Source: Planktothrix sp. GU0601_MAG3
GTDB taxonomy: Bacteria > Cyanobacteriota > Cyanobacteriia > Cyanobacteriales > Microcoleaceae
Direction: 5' to 3'
Assembly (NCBI GenBank): GCA_035193785.1
Contig: CP136572.1
Location: 1,344,001 to 1,408,000, forward strand
Length of the DNA stretch: 64,000 nt
Part shown: positions 56,525 to 64,000 of the stretch, piece after piece
Layout: each line of letters begins with the position of its first letter
How positions within the stretch are numbered: the first letter of the stretch is position 1
Notes under the pieces: model-generated
What the model saw: only the letters and a program-made list of their open reading frames with translations
The model's database searches: none
Told to the model about the DNA's origin: nothing
Program-made: the position numbers and the translations under genes

Positions 56525-57767
56525 ATGCTACCCTCTGAACTTTTAAGTTATAAACAACAGGGAGAAACGGTAATTCCCCTGCGGCTAAAAATTGATCCAA
56601 AACATATTAATCTGGCAACGGATGTGATTCAATGTTTTGAAGAATCTGTGAATAAAACCCAAGGGGAATTAAATAAACGGTTACAGGAATTTGAAGGAGA
56701 TAGTCCCGACTATCGGTTAAAACGAGGGTTAGCCCATTTATTAAGAAGTGGTTTTTGCACTTTTGAGATAGTTAGTCCCCTAGAAACCTGTGGAATTACG
56801 ACAAAAAGTATTTGCATTAGCGGCGAAAACTGTACCGAGTTTAGCCGCGACAGAACAGACCTTAGAACAGTTAGCAACTCAACTAAGTCAAGACTTAAAT
56901 CGAGAGGTTTTACCCCATCAAATTCTATCGGGTATTTATGCCGATTTACAGGAAAATAGAGTTTTAACCCAATTAGATTCTCCGACTCCAGAAGCATTAT
57001 TACATCGGTATAATTTATCCCAAGTTCAGGGGATTTTCTATCAAGCAAGTCAAATTATTATTAATGCCTATCGTAATGACCCAGGGGAATATAAACTCCT
57101 ATTTCGCTATTTAAAATTATTCCAATTAATGACTTATATTGAGGGAGATGCGGATCACGGTTTTACTTTAACTATTGATGGGCCAACCAGTTTATTTAAA
57201 GCTAGTACCCGCTATGGTTTATCCTTAGCTAAAATGATTCCGGCCTTACTTCATGTTACTAAATGGAGTTTAAAAGCTAAATTACAACAGCGTGATCCCT
57301 ATACTCGGGTGGTGAAAACAGGTTATTTTAGCTTGAATTATGATTGCGGTTTGGTCAGTCATTATCCCCCGGGGAAACCCTATGATAGTATGATTGAACA
57401 ATCTTTTGCCGAGCGCTGGAATACCTTAAAAACCGAGTGGAAATTAGAACGGGAAGTCGATTTAATTCCGATTCCAGGGAGTGTAATGATTCCTGATTTT
57501 CGCTTAGTTCATCCCGATGGCAGAATATTTTTATTAGAGATTATTGGTTATTGGCGACCGGAATATTTACAGAAAAAGTTTTATCAAGTTCAATCTTCTG
57601 GCTGTGACTATTTAATATTAGCAATTTCTGAACGATTGAATTTAGAAAATGCCGGAATTAATATTAATCGTCTTCCTGTCCCTGTGGTTTGGTTTAAGGA
57701 TAAATTATCTCCCAAGGCAATATTAGAAATTTTAGAAAATCAGGTTGACAATTTCAACAAAAATTAG
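56525..57767 (+). CDS. DUF790 family (Bax1-like) endonuclease, ~413 aa after correction at 56783
   Basis: MLPSELL start, YADL.E, YNLSQVQG, IDGP.SLF....RYG, YDS..E..FA, MIPDF...LEI+GYW.PEYL.KK. Confidence 0.88.
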
Positions 57768-57782
57768 CTATATATCAGAAGT

Positions 57783-57819
57783 TCGTTATTGGGCTTTAGA
57801 GTGCTGAAGCCCAACAACG
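57783..57819. terminator. Hairpin between convergent genes
   Basis: TCGTTATTGGGCTT...AAGCCCAACAACGA. Confidence 0.5.
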
Positions 57820-57839
57820 ACGAGCAGTTGCGAGTGAAA

Positions 57840-58209
57840 TTATTGCTCAATTTCAACGACTTTGGGTTGATCCTCAATTTGAGTCTGTTGAGCGGTGCTG
57901 CTATTGTTTGAACTGAGTTGATTTTTAAGTTTAAGTTTTAGTGGCCATGTAATGGGTAAACTTTCAATTTCTTGAAAGAGAGACTGCACCGATTCTTGTT
58001 TGCTACGTTTCTGCATAAATAGCATTGAGAACTGCTTCAATTCCATATTCGGCCACCGCATCTCCTAAAACCGTTATTAGACCTAGCATCGCTATACTTC
58101 CTAGGACAATAAATGGCTCTCCCAGGGTGAGAATTGCGACAATAGTAGCCATGGCGGCAGAACTTAAATACAAACTAGCAATTTTTTTAGCAATTGTGTC
58201 AATGTCCAT
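57840..58209 (-). CDS. Small membrane hypothetical protein (~122 aa after correction at 58007)
   Basis: Two track ORFs join: ...LNAIYAERSKQESVQSLFQEIESLPITWPLKLKLK. Confidence 0.65.
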
Positions 58210-58284
58210 GGGAATTACCTAACATCCTTACACTGTAGTTTGAAACATTAATTAAGGGTATCAAAATTCGTTGTCAACTCTATT

Positions 58285-61006
58285 TTATGATTCGGTTTCA
58301 ATCAAATCCTTGAGCATCGGATTGAGATTTTTAGGCCGATAATCGGGATGGGCTTTAAGTCGTTTGACAACACTATGATGAATAATAACTTTTTCGGATT
58401 TTAGCGATCGCCATTCCTCGCCACCTAGAGAATAAACCCCAGTAACACGATTATCAAATTTAGCCATTATATCTGGCTTAATCTGAAATTCTTCACTTTC
58501 ATTTTCAGGGGAACAAAACTCTAATCCCAATTTTTTAGCTTGGTTTAGCATCCATTCTAAAGGATAATCCGACAGTCCTTGATATGCTTTAATTCCTCCA
58601 CCAATACAGTTATGTTCACCAGAAAACCAAACTTCTTTAACTATTTGGTCAGGATTTTTTGCATTTCCTTCCATGAAAGTCGCAGGGAAACTTTTGCATT
58701 TCTCATCAATGGCAACCGCATGAAAAGCATTTTCTACAATGGGACTCAATCTATTATCAAAAAACTGATATTTCTGATTCCAGGGTTTGGCAATCGGTAG
58801 CCAAGGTGTTAAATCAGGAATACCTAATGTTCCCACCGTATCCCAACATCCTAACATTTTAATCGGGACACGATACTGTAGATAGTCTTTTTCGGTATCG
58901 ATATTTTGGGAATTTTCTTCACGGAATTTTTGGGCTTTTGGATCATTGGGACTAATTTTGGCATCTCGATAAAGCTGATATGCTTTAGAAATTTCCCGAA
59001 TTTTTGAACGTTTTAACAAACCACACTTATAGATCATACCCGCTAAGGAGCGAACAATATAAGCTCCACGACTAAAACCAAGGAGGTAGATTTCGTCGTG
59101 GGCATTTACATCATAGTTCATACATAAAAACCGATAAGTCTCTTGAATGATTCTGTCAATTCCCCATCCAAAAGCACCTTCCCCTAAACGTTTGATTAAA
59201 TGATCTAAATCTTCTTCTTCTGATGTGCCATATCCTGATAAATATAAGACAATTTGCGGTGTTTGATCATTGGCTGTATATTTCAATGAGTGGGCAAATT
59301 TGATCACATTAGTTGGATAGGAACTTGCAGGTTGATTCCAAGTTCCATCACAGCAAATCACTAATCGTTTTTTCTGCTTTCCAGAATCAAGTTGATTGGA
59401 TTCTAGTATTTTATCATTAGAGATTTGTTCCGTAATAATTGGTTCAACGGTTTCTGAAATCGGTTCTAAGATTTCCGCTTCTGATGTTAGTTCATCGGTA
59501 ATAATTGATTCAACGGTTTCTGAAATCGGTTCTAAGATTTCCGCTTCTGATGTTAGTTCATCGGTAATAATTGATTCAACGGTTTCTGAAATCGTTTCTA
59601 AGATTTCCGCTTCTGATGTTAGTTCATCGGTAATAATTGGTTCTAAGATTTCCGCTTCTGATGTTAGTTCATCGGTAATAATTGGTTCTAAGATTTCTAA
59701 TATCGGTTCTAAGATTTCCGCTTCTGGTATTAGCTCATCGATAATAATTGGTTCTAAGATTTCTAATATCGGTTCTAAGATTTCCGATGCTGATGTTAGT
59801 TCATCGGTAATAATTGGTTCAACGGTTTCTGAAATCGTTTCTAAGATTTCCGCTTCTGATGTTAGCTCATCGGTAATAATCGGTTCAACGGTTTCTGAAA
59901 TCGTTTCTAAGATTTCCGCTTCTGATGTTAGCTCATCGGTAATAATCGGTTCAACGGTTTCTGAAATCGTTTCTAAGATTTCCGATTCTGATGTTAGTTC
60001 ATCGGTAATAATCGGTTCCACGGTTTCTAATATTGGTTCTGAGATTTCCGCTTCTGATGTTAGCTCATAGGTAATAATTGGTTCAACGGTTTCTGAAATC
60101 GTTTCTAAGATTTCCGATTCTGATGTTAGTCCATCGGTAATAATTGGTTCAACGGTTTCTGAAATCGTTTCTAAGATTTCCGATGCTGGTGTTAGTTCAT
60201 CGGTAATAATTGGTTCAACGGTTTCTAATATTGGTTCTGAGATTTCCGATTCTGATAAAGGTTCATTAGTATTCATAGATTGACTAGATTTTTTAGTTTT
60301 GGTTCTGGTTTTAGTTTTATTTTTAATTCTAGGAGCTTGTTCAATTTTTTTGGCAGGTAATTTCTCTAATTTCCAACTTGTTCCATAAATTATGCCATCG
60401 TTAGCATAGCTGGTTTTATCATTAACATCCCCATTTAGAGGTAAATAAGTTGATAGTCCTAATTCATCACCCACTAAACGTCGATTCATGTCCTGTTTAA
60501 TTTCTTCTTGGGTGCGAGCTTGATTCCAAATATATAATTCAGCAAGGGAACCCTTCCAATAATGAGAAACCATTAACAGAAGAACCAATAACCAGTTTTT
60601 TGACGCCCGTTAATGGTCTATTATGCCCGTTCCCTCGATGCCAAACTCCTCCATTTCGATAAATATACATTCGCCCGGTGGTGGCATTTTTCACAAAAGC
60701 CCAATGAGTCCACCCATTATATTCTCTGAGTTTTACGGTTTTATCGATGCGATCAAAACCATCCTGATTCCCTGCGTCCCAAAAAATCCGAGTATCTGTT
60801 TCATCCCACCAAGGCAAACTAATTTGTAAGACCCGAGTATTTTGATTATTATAAGCTTCGAGAATGCTGGTTTGTTCCGTCAAACTATTTCCGCCCTTAG
60901 CCCAAAATTCAATAGTGATGGCTTTGTCAAGGTCGGGAAAACTTTTGGATAACTCTATATGGTCATCGATACCATCAAAAATTAGGACTGATTTTTGTTC
61001 AGACAT
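58285..61006 (-). CDS. LamG-like + acidic 22-aa repeats + DUF2235 (Tle1-like) alpha/beta hydrolase, ~906 aa after correction at 60566
   Basis: VLIFDGIDDHIE, ITIEFW, WTHWAFV, ELYIWN.AR (LamG-like); KRLVICCDGTWN, GFSRGAY, WDTVG, HAVAIDE, WFSGEH..IGGG (DUF2235). Confidence 0.85.
59400..60260. repeat. 66-bp coding tandem repeat (~13 copies)
   Basis: Encodes EILETISETVEPIITDELTSEA variants. Confidence 0.9.
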
Positions 61007-61295
61007 TAATTTTCTCCTAACAACATTATTAAAGGGTTATACACGGGTTTTGAGATATTTTACTTGTTTTTCTTGCACCTGGCTACTTATTTTTTAATCT
61101 TTAACCTCCTTGCTATCAGCTTTTTATGATGATTCGGTCGGCCATAATTAGCAATAATTTCTTGACAATAATCCAGACAAGAGATTGATGAAGACATTAA
61201 ATAATTCTCGAAAAAACCATATTATCACCTTCCCAGATTAGGAAATAAATTGCTATAATCCAGTTAAATGAAGTCGTTATGAGTTTGAAATAAAA

Positions 61296-62658
61296 ATGAC
61301 CAACCCAACCGTTGAAAACCTTGTAATTATTGGTTCTGGGCCTGCGGGCTATACCGCCGCCATTTATGCCGGACGGGCGAATTTGAAACCCTTGGTCTTT
61401 GAAGGCTATCAAATCGGGGGGATTCCCGGGGGTCAGTTAATGACCACCACAGAAGTCGAGAACTTCCCAGGTTTTCCCGAAGGGATTACTGGGCCAGAAC
61501 TTATGGATCGAATCAAAGCCCAGGCCCAACGGTGGGGGGCGGAACTCTTGACCGAGGATGTGATTACCGTTGATTTGAGTCAACGCCCCTTTACCGTTAA
61601 ATCGGAAGACCGGGAAATCAAAACCCATACTATTGTAATTGCTACCGGGGCAACGGCGAAACGCTTACATTTGCCCCAGGAAGAAACCTTTTGGAATGCG
61701 GGCATTTCCGCCTGTGCTATTTGTGATGGGGCGAGTCCGATTTTCAAAGGGGTGGAATTAGCGGTAATTGGGGGAGGAGATACGGCGACCGAGGAAGCGG
61801 TTTATCTGACAAAATATGCCACCCATGTTCATCTGTTGGTCAGACGGGGAGAACTGCGGGCGAGTAAAACCATGCAGCAACGGGTGATTAACCATCCTAA
61901 AATCACTGTGCATTGGCATACTGAGGCCGTTGATGTGTATGGAAATGGCAAATTGGGCGGGATTAAAATTAAGAATACCCAGACGGGAGAACAGCAAGAT
62001 TTACCCGTTCAGGGATTATTTTATGCCATTGGTCACACCCCCAATACCCAAATATTCCAAGGACAGTTAGAACTGGATGAGGTGGGGTATATTGTTACAA
62101 AACACGGGACTCCAGAAACCAGCGTGGAAGGAGTTTATGCCGTGGGGGATGTCCAGGATCACGAATTCCGTCAAGCAATTACGGCGGCGGGTAGTGGTTG
62201 TATGGGGGCGATGTTAGCAGAAACGTTGGTTATCCCTAAATGGGTTAGCACAGGAATTTCAACAGACGGAAACCCCGGAAGTGGAAACCCCCAAATCAAC
62301 TCCTTCTCAGATTACGACTTCGGAGAATTTCGATATCCAGAATACTCGCCACACTGGGGGTTATGCGTTGCGGAAACTTTACCATGATAGCGATCGCTTA
62401 ATTATGGTCAAATATTCCTCCCCCACCTGCGGGCCTTGTCATGCTCTGAAACCGATTTTGGATAAAGTCGTGGCTGAATTTGAGGGCAGGATTCATTATA
62501 TTGAAATTGACATTGAAGAAGATCCAGAAATTGCCCAAAATGCCGGGGTAGTTGGGACTCCGACGGTGCAGTTTTTCAAAAATAAGGATTTAATTGAAAA
62601 CCTCAAAGGGGTTAAACCCAAGAGTTTATATCGAGAATTAATTGAGAAAAATTCATAG
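61296..62658 (+). CDS. ntrC: NADPH-thioredoxin reductase C (TrxR-thioredoxin fusion), ~453 aa after correction at 62220
   Basis: GSGPAG, CAICDG, GGGDTA, GDVQD, then thioredoxin CGPC; the join gives AERWLS. Confidence 0.92.
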
Positions 62659-62664
62659 AACTAT

Positions 62665-62798
62665 GTAGTGAGTCCTTTAGGACTCCTGACTTAAATTAGG
62701 AGAAAAGACAGCCCTGAAGGGCTTACTACGAAAGTAGTGAGTCCTTCAGGACTCCTGACTTAAATTAGGAGAAAAGACAGCCCTGAAGGGCTTACTAC
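62665..62798. repeat. Two tandem GTAG-type REP doublets
   Basis: GTAGTGAGTCCTT(T/C)AGGACT...AGCCCTGAAGGGCTTACTAC at 62665-62729 and 62734-62798. Confidence 0.85.
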
Positions 62799-62810
62799 GT
62801 TTGAGTTAAA

Positions 62811-63101
62811 TTAAAACCCTACTTGCTGCACACTTCCCAATAAAGCAATAATCAATTGAGAACCAAATTGTAGGGCAAAAATTGCAATAATTGCGGAAAA
62901 ATCAATTCCACCTAAAGGGGGAATAAAAGAACGGAATAGGTTGAGATAGGGATCGGTTAATTGGCTTAAGATGGAAAAGGGAGGATCAGACCAATTAATT
63001 GTAGGAAACCAGCTTAATAGAATCCTAACAAATAGGATCAACATATAAATGTTCAGAAACTGTGCCAGGGTACTAGCGAGTAAATTTAAAGGAAGTGCCA
63101 T
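62811..63101 (-). CDS. yggT: YggT/YlmG family membrane protein
   Basis: RILLSWFP.INW..PP...LSQLTDPYLNLFRS.IPPLGG.DFS. Confidence 0.9.
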   Translation of the reverse strand: MALPLNLLASTLAQFLNIYMLILFVRILLSWFPTINWSDPPFSILSQLTDPYLNLFRSFIPPLGGIDFSAIIAIFALQFGSQLIIALLGSVQQVGF

Positions 63102-63202
63102 AAAATTCTTTTGATGTTTGACTGAATTTGACATAAAGTTATGTTCCCCAGTGTACCACATTTGAAACCCGGGGATAGATTCAAACCAGCAGCTAGAATC
63201 GG

Positions 63203-63499
63203 TTAATTTTCGATTTCCGACCCACCATTGCCATTGACACTACCTAACTGTTGACGGACATCATCAATAGCCTGATTGAGTTGAGCTATTTTATCCTCCA
63301 AACCCAATCGGGAAGTTTCCATATTTTCTCCCGTCAATTTAGCCGTCCTCCCCGATTTTCCCTGTATTTCTAATAGCGGTTCAATCCGGTCTTGATTACT
63401 GATGCGGTTGGCAAGTACCACCCCTAATACCCCCCCAACCAAACCTCCGAAGGTTGCACCCAAGAAAAAGCCACTACCAAAGCCGTCTCGATTACCCAT
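63203..63499 (-). CDS. Conserved cyanobacterial hypothetical protein (between upp and yggT)
   Basis: GFGSGFFLGATFGG.VGG..G...LEDKIAQLN.AIDDVR.QL. Confidence 0.8.
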   Translation of the reverse strand: MGNRDGFGSGFFLGATFGGLVGGVLGVVLANRISNQDRIEPLLEIQGKSGRTAKLTGENMETSRLGLEDKIAQLNQAIDDVRQQLGSVNGNGGSEIEN

Positions 63500-63539
63500 A
63501 ATTTAACCACTCTGTCACAATAGCTTGATTTTACTGTGA

Positions 63540-64000
63540 TTAGGTAGGCGGACGGTCAAAAGTACCAAAGGTGCGATCGCCCGCATCCCCTAACCCGGGT
63601 ATAATCAAGCCCTGTTCATTAACTTCGGGATCAATAATAGCGGTATACACTTGCAAACTGGGATAGGCTTGATTTAACTTTTGTAACGCTGGGGGGGCGG
63701 CGACAATGGAAATAATTCTAATTAAAGCCGGGTCGAGATGACGTTGGGTAAGTTCGGCCATCACTGCCATAATTGTTCCCCCGGTTGCTAACATGGGTTC
63801 ACTGATGATCACCCGGGTTTGGGGGTCAAATTGGGCGGGTAATTTATTTAAGTAGCAAGTAGGCTCTAGGGTTTCTTCGTTGCGTAAATACCCTAGATGA
63901 TATACCGAAGATAGGGGAAACAACGCTTTGGATACCTTCGGTTAGGGCTAAACCAGCGCGTAAAATTGGAACCACAATTAAGGGAACTTCGGGATTAACA
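63540..64000 (-). CDS. upp: Uracil phosphoribosyltransferase, 3' part (frameshift at 63917)
   Basis: VVPILRAGL, EPMLATGG, IIPGLGDAGDRTFG. Confidence 0.93.

Overview
64-kb chromosomal window of a filamentous cyanobacterium (many HIP1 GCGATCGC sites, heptamer STRR repeats; 16S looks Planktothrix/Oscillatoriales-like). (1) 0.4-21.3 kb: partial extracellular contractile injection system (eCIS/PVC-like) locus: sheath, three tube paralogues, two tail-assembly-chaperone-like genes (the second with a candidate -1 ribosomal frameshift into a DUF6760-like ORF), a DUF4157 protein with an Ntox11-like toxin tip, a ~2,230-aa double-DUF4157 protein and a YbjN-domain gene. A NarL/LuxR regulator, Pvc16-like gene and AAA+ ATPase are divergent. 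No baseplate or spike genes are visible. A shared TAGACT-N2-AGTCTA-like palindrome lies upstream of three eCIS genes. (2) 24.5-32 kb: rearranged cluster resembling the Synechocystis slr0144-slr0152 (Pap) operon. (3) An rRNA operon (16S, tRNA-Ile, tRNA-Ala, 23S) ending in a terminator with no 5S gene. (4) tRNA-Arg(CCU) split by a 244-nt group I intron. (5) Mixed genes: ygfZ, zur, slt, XPB-like helicase plus DUF790/Bax1-like nuclease, mini-Rpn, LamG-repeat-DUF2235 hydrolase, ntrC, yggT, upp. All 27 apparent gene-breaking frameshifts that I found sit at GAAAC/GTTTC and are repaired by restoring GAAC/GTTC. This is almost certainly a motif-specific sequencing error, and the motif matches a known Dnd phosphorothioate consensus. 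Split genes are reported as merged CDSs. Family assignments come from recalled motifs, not database searches.
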